Of a stretch of DNA of 64,000 nt, positions 49,961 through 63,765 are shown in pieces (within the stretch, counting starts at the first letter, position 1; every line of letters begins with the position of its first letter). The stretch is from Pecten maximus (taxonomy: Eukaryota). The stretch spans positions 46,376,001-46,440,000 of the forward strand of contig NC_047017.1 in assembly GCF_902652985.1 (NCBI RefSeq), in the 5' to 3' direction. The position numbers and the translations under genes were made by a program. Below the pieces are notes generated by a model that had not been told where the DNA came from, did not search any database, and saw nothing but the letters and a program-made list of their open reading frames with translations.

Positions 49961-52900
49961 TATCGTATATATTTAGAAACATTGTTTTACAGTGCTACAA
50001 CTACGCTGTTAAGTACTATGTGACCTCCGTTAGTGACGTGTCATACTGTGGCGGATTGACCAATCAGAGAGAAGCTATCAAAGTCGGTCAATTGGCCACG
50101 CCCATACTGGCGAGAGCTCGGTCTGTATGTTAACGAAGCGGGGTATTTGGATTGTTGTGAAAGTCCTGTTTCCGAAGATTTAAAGACATATTTGGATTTA
50201 CGCAGTATGCTTAACGACATGTGCATTTTAACAAAGTCAGGGTTGATGTGTTTCTACAGGCTCAACCGTTATGTGAAGTTGTGTGCACTTGTTCCATTTC
50301 ATTTCGGATTTTACTTGACCTTAGATGCTTACACACGGACGAAATGAACGTTTCAATCAATAAATGACGGTAAGAATGATGTTAACGATTTTCGTTAAAT
50401 TTATTAAGTTAATTCATTCTATTCGATTTCTTCACTTTCGATTCCAATATCACGGGTCATAAATCATAAATGGTGCAGAGTGTTGAATTTCGCTACGAGT
50501 CGAACTTGACGCCATATTGTTTTGATTAGAAACGGGGCGTGGCTTAACACGATATGTCATGGTTCTATCGCAGATTAGAAGTCGGTCCGCAACCAATCAA
50601 AACACGCGTTGCAAACGAATCGTGTTAGAATAAAAAGTATAACACAGATCTGCTGTCTCCCTCGTACTTTCGCGGCTATATCGTGCCGCTCTTCAGGTGA
50701 ATCCCCTATATATAGGCGTAGCTACTATGTAAGTACCTGATCTATAAATAGTAATGGAAATACCAGGGGCTGCTGATCAAAACCTCATTACAGTTCGAAA
50801 TATCGACTAGATGCCTACGGGGTCGCAAGATGGAAGGACCACCTAAAGTAATATACATATATGTGTAGGTATATATATGATGTTTAAGTGATTTATTGAT
50901 ATTTAAGAATAATTCTATATTGTTTTCTTTATATATACTGTTCGTTTTTCAAACGCCTTCTCAATTTCTAGCACCAGTTTTTAATTCTTAATCAAGATAT
51001 TGCAAAAATAAACAAAAATCTTGTCAAAAAAGAGCTGACTATCAAACGCAAATGTGTAATCAAGGGAGGAGACGTTTATAATTTTCAATACTTGGCTTTT
51101 AACAAAAGTAAATAAATGAATCCAAAAATCTTGACATTAACACCTGTTTGGAAATTTACCCTACGATTTTATGTAATGCACAGAATGGTTTATAATCTTC
51201 ATTGCTTACTTTTCTTTCCGTTTATATTTGATAACTTTGATTAATAGATGTCTTGAATTCTCGTAGAGTCTTCTATAACTGTCTATAAATCTGTACGCCC
51301 GGGGTTCTCTATTGTTTCCAGCTCCAACTCTTTCTACCATTTTTCTGATTTCCCTTTCCTGTAGGATAACAGGCCTTTATACATACACCAAACATCTGTT
51401 TTACACTGTTGACATCACATACAAAACTTACCTGCACGAGTAATACACTCTGACAATAGCTAATGACGTCACAATTAATCTTTGAACAGACTCACCTTAA
51501 GCATTGGAGATCAATATGAATCCATTTCTCAGAAAACTGACTATATCAATTATGTTGGTGGATTCCGTAAACCTGCATGTCGTGTTTGGCTTTCCTACTC
51601 GTAGATGCATCTGTTCAGAATGAATATACACTTCTATCTCCTCATTTTTCTTTGAAAACTATATATAAGGATCCAATGCCTACGAGATTGGCTATCTAGT
51701 GTGTTAATACACATCCCAATGCACCATTTAAGGTCCACTCATTTGGTCGCTGAAACACTTTTTCTGTTATCCTTGTATCTATATAAAGTAACAATAGTTG
51801 ATTCTTGGATATGATCTGTCATTAATCTGCTGATGATGATTTAAAGGCCCAGTTGTATTCATAAAGTAGATGTAGTTGCGAGATGATAATATGCGTTAAT
51901 GTTTTGCTTTCGGAAAGATACGGAGTAGTCGTAAGTTTCCGACGAGATAAAAATAACCTTGGGAATTTCAGAAAATATTTATATTTAGACTACGGCAAAA
52001 ATATCGCTTAATGATACTTCTATTGCATTATTAATGTATGTATATAATTATCCTTATTCGATAACAGTCGATATACCAGTTATTAGTAGAGTAGTTAAAC
52101 TCTGTAGTGTGCAGCGAAAGAAACGACAAAAACACAATAATACCGAGAATCCACATCGGTTAATGTGATGAAAAAATTGAAACTATTTATAAACGCGTAT
52201 ATGGCTTACAGTGTAATAAATGGAGATCAAAATAAGCAAACGAATAACCTCATCTTTCGTCATTGGATTATTTAATCGAATGTATCGAGTAATCAAGTCA
52301 AAATGATTATTTATATATACATGTACGTGCATGTAGTTGTTTTGTATAAACACAGTTTGACGAATACAAGGTAGTGTAGTAACATTCCTTTCATACGATG
52401 AAGATCTATTAAATATTAAACGGATCAACGACCCTGGCATTGACGTACAATATATGTAGTCATGACCTTCAAACCAGAAATCCCAGAGAAAGCTTGGTAC
52501 AAAAAAAATGTATAATTTCACTCAATTTTAAACAGAACTGTCGTATCTGTACTTCCTTAATCTTTTCTTATTAACAAATAATCGAAATTTGATACACCTA
52601 TAGGTAAGAACAAAGCAGAATCTACGAATGAAATATCGGGAAAAAAATATAGCGTGAAATAGTGATAAAAACCTTTAATAGTTTATATCCAAAGAAGATG
52701 CCTGTCTCAAAATCGTCCATGTCCAACTAGGGACCAATTTAATGAGGACTAACAAAGTATTGGGGAAAGATCTTTCTAGTACTTAACGAAAAAAACATCT
52801 GGTAAAGGGCGATTTAACTAGTCTACCATTTGATTTGATGTCTCTATCTGCCTGTATTGTTCGGATATAACCGTACTTTGTTAAGTTTATCTATTAAACT

Positions 52901-53929
52901 TGTAAAACTGTTCCATGTTCTATGTCTATAAGTGATCGTTTGTAATTTAGTTCTGTCTTGACAAAGGAGCAGATTGCCTAAAAAATCGACAATTTACTTG
53001 TCTGTAATGTCATATTTGCCTTGTCGCCTTCATTAAAACGTAGTCCACCTGAAGAAAGCCTCTGAAGTCTATGAATTGTAGAAACGTATTAAAACTTTAT
53101 TTTATATGCATACATCGTTCTAACTCTTAAATTGGTTTTACCAGGTCTGTCCGCCAATCAGATTACGACCATATCGGATATGCATAATGTCAAGATTATC
53201 AACTCTTGTCAAGTTTTTCATGCTCGAGGTAAGTCAAATTTATTGTTATTCGATACCATATTCGTGTTTGATGCTTTGCTGTTTTAATTTCATTAATTAT
53301 AAACATGGAATATCAGATAGAACAAATAAATATCAATAAATAAAATCAAATTATATTTTTTCTAAATATAAGTTAACAACACCTTACAAATCACCTCCTT
53401 CAACCACCGTCGTGTAATTTGTTAAGATAGAGGGATTGTGATCAAATGTCTTCACTCTATTTTTGTGTGGAAGAGGCTGTCTTCCATAATTTAAATAAAC
53501 ATCTCCGTTCTATACAAGTAATCGGAAACAAGCTGTCAATGTATTACCCGGCATGCTTTCTGGGGACCAGGAAACCTAAAGGAAATACCTTAAACAGAAA
53601 AATACTTCCTCTTCCGTGCGGACAATGAGATTTCGACTTATTTGATCTGAAATATAAGTAGGCGCAATCTTTGGAAATCTTCTATATGCTTCATTTATCG
53701 CCTTCAGATGAATGATGTTTGACCTATTTCGATTGAGGGAAAGCCAACGTGGTAATTAAATTTGTAACGAAATAAATTTGAACGCGTTGAACTATCGCGT
53801 ATACGCCAATTTTGATTGTATTTCTTATGTTATTAATGTAAAAATTACACATCAACCACACTGTCTTGTGCCAAGTCCCTGTAATCATAATTGCTAGGTT
53901 TTTCCGGCGGAAATGCATTATTCTATAAT

Positions 53930-54220
53930 CAATACACGTACATGTATATCTGTAATTATAAAGTCACGTATTACGTGTGTCTATATTTTTACGTACATGT
54001 TTATCTGTAATTATAAATAGTCACGTATTACGTATGTCTATATTTTTACGTACATGTTTATCTGTAATTATAAATAGTCACGTATTACGTATGTCTATAT
54101 TTTTACGTACATGTATATCTGTGATTATAAATAGTCACGTATTACGTGTATCTATATTTTGACGTACATGTATATGTGTAGCTATAAATAGTCACGCATT
54201 ACGTGTGTCTATATTTATAC
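53930..54220. repeat. 54-bp tandem repeat (~5 units)
   Basis: Unit TACGTACATGTTTATCTGTAATTATAAATAGTCACGTATTACGTATGTCTATATTTT. Confidence 0.92.
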
Positions 54221-57200
54221 AGCTATATATAGGACAAGTAGAAGAAGTTGGAAAACCTTAATGTTGCCAAACATAGTATTAGTGTACAATGCATGATGTG
54301 TATGTATATTTATACAGACGTATATTAATAGACTCACGGAATAGCCTACTTGATAAGGTAAAACATGAAAGAGATCTGCTGGATAGTTCATGCATGAAAT
54401 GCCTAATCAATATTTGGTTTCCACGTATACCAGTCAATAATCCGTCTTCAATAAACATATGACCACTTCTAATGATGAGTCATGATCAAATACGCTCCAG
54501 ATCGTTGTCATGCTCATATATTAATACTTTCTTAAAGATTTACATGTAATTATGAATATGTTAACATCATATTATCAATTAATGATCATGTAAACACATC
54601 ATACTACTTACAGAATTTAGAGTGCTCAAAAACTCATTCGCATTGGTCATTGCAGCAAACTTTGGGTTTTTGGTTTGTTAATTATTGTAGAGATATTTCA
54701 TAAATTAATAAGCTCTAAATAAAAAAAAATAAAAATTTTGAACGTTTTATCAAGGAGTGTCTCTGTCCGGTGTTTTGCGTTTAAGGAGTTACGACTCTAT
54801 TTGGTGCCTTTGAATGTCAAACAAGAATAAACATCTTCATATTTGCACAGCATAGTCATAAAATATACCAAAAGGTTTGTTTGTACATGAAGTTTTCTTA
54901 AGAATACCAATAATGTGCTGTAAACGCTAACTGTTTCTTTTATAAAAATCACTTTGTGGTTAGATGAAGCACGGAATAATTCTAAGTCACACAAATAACC
55001 AAACCTGAAAAATAGCCATGATGTTATGCTCAGAAGAGTCTATAGACCAAACGTGGGGCAGAACCAAGTCATACATTAGGGAGAAGAAAGTTGTTTAGAA
55101 AGAATGAAACTTTGTCGCCTCTAACGATAATGTTATGAGTTAAATGAGTAAATTAGCCTGGATGCATATGTGTATACGAGTGAATTTAAAATTTAAAAAG
55201 TAATTGTGATGTTTAATTTGTAATGATATATTTAAACATTTTAGTCCGTAATAAATGATAACACCAAAAACAATACCAGTATATGGTGATAAAATGATTA
55301 AGCAGAAGAGTAGCACCATTTGTGTTGCTGCGTTGCAGGGATACGTCGTTATATACTTGCTAACAGGTCCTATAAATCTATAATTCGACAAGTTACTGTG
55401 ATACTGCGTTTTGACAAATATTCGAAAACAGAAAAAAAAACTAAAACTCAAAAAAACTAAAAATGTTCTTGTTCAATTTCATGCTTCTTGAGCTGTATTC
55501 TGGAAATACAATTGAAGTTCCACTTTTGAAAATCAGTCTTCGAAAATTCCATAATTCTATCTCAAACAAAAACAGCCACCAATTGCTTAAGCTAAATGAG
55601 ATGATTCATATCCCAAACATGTACTTATATTTATAGATACCACGTCACTTGTTACGTGGATTTATAGATAGAAAACTACTACAAGATACGGGAAACCCGG
55701 ACAGTGTGTAGTTACGTACGTGTATTTATAAACCAGGCAGCAAAGTGTAGTGATTTATAGACAACCTGTAACATGAATAGAAACAGTAAATATCTCGGAA
55801 ATACCCATGTATATTTTGAGACAAGGCATCTCACCGGATTTCTACGTTGTGAAGCTGATTATTGAAATCGATAAGTTAGTGAGTAACACTTATCATGCGT
55901 TGTTCATTGTTTTTGGTGTACTTATTCACTATAAAAAAGATGATTATGTCTTCTGTCTTAAGTTTGCTGAGTCGTTCGTATAGATAAAGTAAATCACTTA
56001 GTTACCTGTAGACGAGTGCCTAAACTTTTAATTAACAATTAAGAAAATTTGTGAATATACCCCATTATATATGTTTTATATATGTATCATTGGTGAAATA
56101 CCTCGAGAATAAAACCAACAAAATATGCGGACACGAAGGGAAAAAAATAGGCAATGGCAGCAAATTATCAAAAGAATAAAAATTTGACAATCTATCATAT
56201 TGTCATCAGTGTCTGTGGTCGACTTCTAAAAGGAACGGTAAACTGGAGACTGGTGAGTACACAGGTGAGTGTTGACTGGCCGCTAGTCCCAAAGTTTTTA
56301 TAAAGAGTTATAATGATACTAAGCGGACTTCATTTAGTTGAAAACCTGAAATTTAAATCATCTTATCAAGCGTATATGATTTTGAATAGAAATATCGAAT
56401 AATCACTTGGTTACTTCTAGAATCCTCAGTACTCCTGATATACACTTTAACAAGTTCTATTGAACAGCTGATCTGTTGTTATAAACAAAAATAATGCCAT
56501 GATAAATATGCTAATCATGCATCAAAAGTAACGTATGTTTTCATTAACAAAACAGACACATCATTTCAAAGAAATTAAACATAGATAACAGAAACCACAC
56601 GCCGATGATATGTAAGAACATAATATAATGATTCTTAGTAAGCAAGGTATATTATGTCCAACATTTATCGTTGATGATATATTTATAACACAACCAGGTA
56701 CTACTCAAGCTTATCAATAGTTTCTTACCTTAGTTATACCTGCACATACAGATGTGACTAAAATGTATAGATTTCTAAAAAAACAATTTAAAAAAACCAC
56801 TACGTGTAACATCCTATAATAACGTTATTGATAGCTCAAATACATGTAACTAGTAGGAAACGTTAAATAAATTATTGATTTGATTATGTAATTCAACCTT
56901 TCATATTGCATTGACATTTCTTCATGCATTTTAGTATTCATAGTAATCAAAATTAGACTCCAAGAGTAAACATAGCTGCAAATGAGAATGAATACCTTTC
57001 TTTTTAAAAGGTAACCGTAGAAAATACCGTTTTTTTAAAAGATATTTTCGGCCGCGTCATGTTTGAAAACACTTTATCACATGTGTATGATGTATGTTTA
57101 TCAATGTATGATTACTACCTCACATTGTTTCAACGTTAATATAATCCACACCACAGTTTTAAATTAATGACATACCTATTTAACGTAATTAACATAGTAC

Positions 57201-59654
57201 GAGCACCGTCTAATGATAGCTAATGATGTCACAATAACAATGACCAGACTCGTCCTAAATACAGTATTAGAGACTAACATTAATCAATTCGTCAGAAAAC
57301 TAAATATACTAGTTATATATGTAGACATCTGATCTATTTTGAGAGGTAATTAATGTCTGATGGTGGTCTTCCATAATCCTGTATGTCATGTTTGAATTTC
57401 CTACGAGTAGTGGTATCCGTTTTGAATACAGACGTCTATATCACGTTTCTTAAAAAACAAAACTATATACTTATTATCCTACAGCACCATTGATAGTTCC
57501 ACTTTGACTTCCTGTCAGGATTTTCATATATCTGATAGCTCTACTTCATTGGCAGGCTCGTGTCGTTTGTACATTCCTTATAACTATATAAAGTAACAAT
57601 GGTTTATCCTTGGATATGATCTGTCATCAAGTCTGCCGATGACAGTTTTACCTAAGATGTACGTGTTAAACAACATCAGGGCATTAATGGCCACATTGAT
57701 AAGTTTATATACCATAGACTTACTTGCAGTTGAGATTTTCATATCCAGCAAATGATTCCTAATAATGTCACTGCAGATTCAACACGTTAAATTTTGATTT
57801 TGGGAAGATAGGGGATTTTATTTTCATTTTGCATGAGGATTTCATTTTTTCGATTTTTAGAGGACAGAAAAAACCCTTTTAATTATAGCTTCATTCTAAA
57901 AACTAATTAGATATGCATAACGTCATTCAGGATATGGCCGTACACGAACCCTCATTGGCTAACGAAAACAAATTTAAATGCTATTTATAAACCCGTATCT
58001 GGCTTACTCACAATGTCCTATAACGTTTAACCGAACCCTATTGGTCCAGATTCGTTTTGTGTAATATACATACAGCATAATAGCCTATTAACCTCAACTC
58101 GAAAATTTACTTGTCTGTAATGTCGCAATGACTGCATGACCAATTATGTACATGTATACCGAGTAACACTCATTCAGCGAACATCTGTGTTATGATCAAG
58201 AAATATTGAACCATATACCACTATATACCCTATATTTGCGTGTGTATATATTATACGGGCGAATTTACTTGACAACAGGCTGATTTTTTTTTTTTTTTTT
58301 TTTTTGTTATTTCACTAATGGTGACATTATTTTCGCAAGCTTGGCTAAATTATATCTTTTTGTTTTTTGTACTTTCTTTCTACAGTAACTTTTAATTATT
58401 TTCTATATTTATAACGACACATTATCTTAACTATAAAGATGTTTTTACTAACAAGTCTCTAGTTTAGCGTCCACTAACAATATCAATATATTCAACTTAC
58501 CGGTCATGTCCATTGATTACTTGTATTACATCGTTGGTAGAATATCGAAGAAAATTGTATTTATGTTTGTATATACACTGTATATATACACATGTATTCG
58601 GATATCGGAATAAACGGGGATTTCAAGTTCCCGTGATAAAAATAAAGATACAATTGTCCCACAATAACCACAATGTAATCCAACAAAATACCATTGTATA
58701 GTAATGATGCTTTATGTAAGTCTGATATCATGTATTTACAATGGATAATGACTGTACAAAGACCGACCTATATATAATGTCATACAAGGTAAATTCAAAT
58801 AACACTCGTCATTCTGGCCTATTTAGTCATATTATTATCGGCTATATAAATAGTAATGTTCATATGATTTGAATGTACGCAGCACATTCCATTTATATGA
58901 ACTTATACAGTATGACGTGTTCCTATTAATACAAAAATGTAGATAGCAAGTACACATATTTCTAATAATGGCATACGTTATGGACACTTATATAGAAAGA
59001 AAATACAACTCGTAACAAGTCATGTAAATGAACGGAGTAAATGTAGTCATCAAAATAAGTTTTCTGATTTCTCACATGACTGGCGATGTAATATCGAATT
59101 TAGTCCACCCGTTCAATAATTTGATCCGTCATAGGCATTCATATGAGGGAAGTTTATTAATCTGCATGTACGCGAGTGTAAAATCTTATTTATCTAATAA
59201 CTAACCTAACGTAATTTTTATTGACCTCTGTTCTATAAATATTCCATTATCTACACATTTTCAGTCAATGCAGAAAAAACATGTGATACGAACAAAGGGG
59301 ATTAACCAAAGGACATGTATAACTGATGAACAATGAAAGTACGTTGGACAATTGTCATGCATATGCAATATATATAATCATATCAAATGAAATCATTAGT
59401 TATTACGATATGATTATCTTTTATTCATTTATGCATTACTCTGTCAATAGAATATGACCTTACAAACATTTGAATTTGATTTGGTAGCCAAATCATAATC
59501 TGAATGCTGTTAATGTAAGTAATTTATTGGGATGTTTGCTTTGTTTTCAGAGTATGAAGGCCTTTACGAATGAGGGTTAGGTTGGCGAACATTTTGCTAG
59601 TTAAGGGGAAACCAAAAGTGAAGATAAAAACAAAAATCACACCGATATCTTCTT

Positions 59655-62600
59655 ATGGCATCAAGTAAGTATATATCAAATGCATATTTTCATTAGTTTT
59701 TGTTTAGCTGCATGCCCTCACCGTAACTGAACCTTACAGCCCGCACAGCGCAAATATAGTCTTTCTAAAAATATATATACATGTATATCAAAACTAGACC
59801 CAAAAATATATCCAGCATCAACAGATAGCCTGATTGTACATTAAACCTAGTGTATATGTAAGACTAAAGGTAAGTGATAATCTTATCTTCATTCCTCGGG
59901 AACAAACTTAGTCCATCTGTTGGCTAAATTGTCTTTATTTTATACAAAGCTCATTATATTGAAGAGCTTACTTACAACACAAGCAACATAGACAGCTAAG
60001 CAATATTATAAGCATGATCATTTCATTTCCCCAATTGTTAATTTTCCATTTCTAGAAAACAACACCCCTGCAGCACCTACCTTACGGTGTTTACACATGT
60101 ATGTATGTCTCAGAGTGTTGATTCGATGTTCAATGCTATTTCCCTTTATCATGATGTCCATGACCGATTCGAATACTGACTGAATGATTACCAATCCAGT
60201 TTGAGGGAATTTTAAAAAGCATTATGACCGATATCATGATCTTATTTGGAGAAATTATATATGAAGTCAGACGTGTTTGATATTTGTTGATATGCTTATT
60301 GGTTCCAGATCATGCGGGATTATTATCTGTGTACATTTTCAGTAATCTCCATGCAAATATATTCTGTATGTATATAATTTTTTATAATTTGGCGATTTTG
60401 AGTTGAATTATGGCTTCGTTTAATTCAAATTAATTTAGATAAAATTCAAATATTTAATAATAATTTACATACAGCAACGCAGTTTCTGTGAAATAATACC
60501 GGTACTTTATATGTGTATATAATGTATACAGTACGTGACGTAAATTATCCACGTCATATTTGAAGATACAGCGACTAGCATGGTACCTTGTTTGTGATAG
60601 GCATATCAGAGTCTCTAAAACACAATGTAGCTGAAACTCCTGCTTAACATTACGAGAGTGGGACAACTCATTCACCCAATGATAGGATGGGCTGTTTTAC
60701 TGGTGCCCTTCGGCGGTATATCTTTTTTTTTGTATTGCTTATGACTCGATCCATGCAATCGCCCATTTAATAAAACACAAATTTTATCAATTAAAAGTTG
60801 GCAGCTTACCCAAAAATAATGATGTTATTGGATAGGTTAAATGGCATGTAAGAGCACATCGGCACAAAAGGCAGTAACCCTGATGTTAGTAGTGGACTGA
60901 AAACCTAAAACCTGCAGAACCCCCGGCTCTATACACCTGAAGTGTTACGTCACTATATTTCCAATTGAAGCGTATTACGAAAGTAGTTGTGTGATACCTG
61001 AGATAGCCTCATCACAAAGAGGCAAACACGAGCAAACCGTAGCATCCGAAAACACGCACCCACTCCAAACACATATCCAGCTAGCTCATAGGGGAAACTG
61101 CCTGAGATAACCAATGTTGTTGATAGTTGATAGGACGATTAAAATATTAAACTTAATCAATACCAAACATGGACGTATTGAGTGCATGGATTTCTAAATA
61201 CTGTATAAGGATCTATTCATCTATACTCAGACTTTCACCGTATTTATGGGACTCCTGTTTTGTAATATCTAAACTGTTTTAGGTAAATGTTTAACCGCAT
61301 GTTTGCATATACTATTTGCAATATCAAATATAAAACGGTACCACAGATTATGTCCATCGTTAATTGGTATTATTATTATTATTTTTTTTTTTTATTTTGT
61401 TGTTTTTTTTTCTTCTATACAATATGTTATTAAATGGACGAGATTATATTTTGATTTTTTTTTACCTATCCTAGTTTCGTCACTCTCCTCTTATGTACAG
61501 ATGAGTTTTAGAAGAACGAAATTTTATCAACTCTGTCTAACATCCATTTCCTTTATTTACATCGCATCTTTTTATTTGAATCTAAGTTTATAGGATCACA
61601 TTGTTGAATTATGTATTGCAAATTGAAATACGAGAACTTGGTGCCTTTGATTGATAGTTTTATAAATGTATATTTTATCTTAATATATCCAATTGTAATT
61701 GTCGTGAACACAGGTGCTAATATCTTGTTTGTTTTTGTACAATCCTTACTGGTAACCATCATATTTTATCCCACACAACTATCTATTCATTAAAATGTTC
61801 AAATGACTTTTAAACACAGATTTCAGCGAGGGAAGCACACTCTCCATAACATCACTGTTTAAGTGTAAAGCATGCTGTTGTGTCCTGAAGGATGCCATCA
61901 AACTACCCTGTGGACACAGAGTCTGTGATAGCCCATGTCTAAAGCAGCTATTTGTCAATTCACCAGAAGCTCGATGCCCTGTTAAGTCATGTAGTACCGA
62001 CATAGACCAAACAGAGGTATGTTACTTTAAACATCACATATATCTTACCGCTGTAGGACAATACAAGGTATACAATAATCATATTGATCGTATAGCTCAT
62101 CTCTAATATGTTTGAACATTACTATGAAAATCGTCGAATGCGCTCCTCCTACAGTTTTCATCATAGTAATTTGAAACTGAACTTGTTAATGAAGTCATGC
62201 CATATGCCGAAGCTTTGTCTATCGTTTATTGCAGTTATGCCCCTTTCAGTGATATTTTACGAATCAACATTGATGACTACTTTGTTGGTTGTGCACCTGT
62301 ATATAATGTTTTCATCATCCCTAAAAGCGAGTAGTAAATTATCAAAGCTTTATGACGCAGAGACCTAAAATGAAAGAATGAACTTGTATTGATACCATGG
62401 AATGTTGAGATTCAGCATCAACGGGTGTTCATATGAGAAAAGTCATAAATAACTGGAAAAAAATAAATAGATGGAGGGTTATCATTCCATATCTGCTACT
62501 TTGTCGGTGTTTATTATAAGTGTTTTGTGAAGAGGGCCCGTAAACATATGACTGATTGATGAGTAAGGAACAGTAGTAAGTCATCATGACGAAAGTTCTA

Positions 62601-63044
62601 ATTTCAAATGTAAGTTCTTTTACAAGTATTTTTGTTCAAATAGATAACATCAGATGACGTCCTACGGAAGGCAATCTTAGAAAAGGTATTTTTTCTACCC
62701 TGATAATATTCTTTATTATCAAAATCATCCTTCCTAACACTAATTACTTGTACAACGTTTATGAACATCACAATAAACATTTATACTCTTTATATCTTAA
62801 TATATACGTTTTACAGGCATACGAATTGATATTATATATCTATATATATACGGTATTGATTTTTTCTGAACACTTTGTGTGTTGTTCATATTGCAGCATG
62901 CACGTGAGTATATTCAAGCATTATCATTTGTTATTTTTCCACACCAAGGTAAACCAGAGTGGTAGCCGATCGAGTATCATTGGAAATCCTACCAACTTAC
63001 AGGCACTTGCACTTGCTGACACACAAACTAGGACTTTATTTCAG
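59655..63044 (+). CDS. RING-HC finger protein with a TRAF-like RING, 5' exons only (continues past the window end)
   Basis: Join 59655-59664 (ATG GCA TCA A|GTAAGT), 61820-62016 and tentatively 62949-63044. This gives MASNFSEGSTLSITSLFKCKACCCVLKDAIKLPCGHRVCDSPCLKQLFVNSPEARCPVKSCSTDIDQTE|VNQSG. The RING exon ends in phase 0 at the same position as in the TRAF3-like gene. The ORF track misses it. Confidence 0.75.
60010..60310 (+). mobile_element. Penelope-like RT C-terminal relic
   Basis: Reads FISPIVNFPFLENNTPAAPT.GVY, matching the PLE motif FPIVNFPFL.SNIP..PAYGVY. Confidence 0.65.
60880..61150 (+). mobile_element. Degenerate SINE-like element
   Basis: Its 3' tail GTTGATAGGACG.TTAAA is the reverse complement of the tail at 33478. 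GC content is locally raised. Confidence 0.45.
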
Positions 63045-63364
63045 GTAAATATAAATAGCATACATCCTGTATGCATGACATAAGCATGATCAATAATATG
63101 ATTTGGTTACAAATATCTCACACTAAGATATCACATATTATATGATATTGCTAGATACATTACACTAAGATGTTAAATGTTAGTTGATTCGTGATTGAAA
63201 GTTTGTCAAAACAACACTGTTTAATGTCGTAGAATATAAGGTAAATGTATATCAGCATTACTGCTTACCTGTTGTCATGAACTACTTCCATTTGGCAAAC
63301 ATGTACTAAATATAATGAACTCTGAACAATCTGGGATTTTAAACATACCTGTTCCACAGATAAG

Positions 63365-63765
63365 CATATGCCATGGCGCAACATCCGTCCGTCCGTTTTC
63401 CGTCATATTTCCTTTGATTCGTTACTAGTCATAATCTCATAAATATACCAAATTTAGCCAGGAGCCGCGTTTTTGGAAGGGACATACATTTTGCATCAGG
63501 AGTAACTCTTGAACGCAAGGAGTCACAGGGTCGGGTCCGAATAGGGGAAATAGGGCAAGTGTTTTTAATCACTACTAATCTCATGTAATTTGGAAGGGGA
63601 ACAAATTCTGTATAAATGGTAACTCGCCCCCTGGGAGAAATATAGGTAAATCCCTTAAATCGGTACTACTAGTCATAAAGCACTGAATGGATGTGGATCG
63701 TTTGTTTGTTTGTTTGTTTATGTTTTACGGCCCATCGACAACTAGGGTCATTTAGGGCCAAACAA
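63365..63765. mobile_element. HINE-like fragment ((CGTC)n plus core repeats) abutting a minus-strand SINE/LINE tail ((TTTG)n...CTAGGGTCATTTAGGGC)
   Basis: CCGTCCGTCCGT microsatellite, repeated TACTAGTCATAA / TAACTC cores, then a (GTTT)n tail at 63700-63720. Confidence 0.5.

Larger units (their letters stand above)
48247..50631. mobile_element. Outer hairpin-capped non-autonomous element (Crypton-like architecture)
   Basis: A 144-bp imperfect hairpin (48247-48390) is immediately followed by ATTCTAACACG (48391-48401), whose exact reverse complement CGTGTTAGAAT closes the element at 50621-50631. Confidence 0.7.

Noticed and set aside
59569-59664. Longer start MRVRLANILL... for the RING gene
   Set aside because: It ends in phase 2 and hits a stop in the next exon. 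Only ATG 59655 (phase 1) is in frame with the RING.
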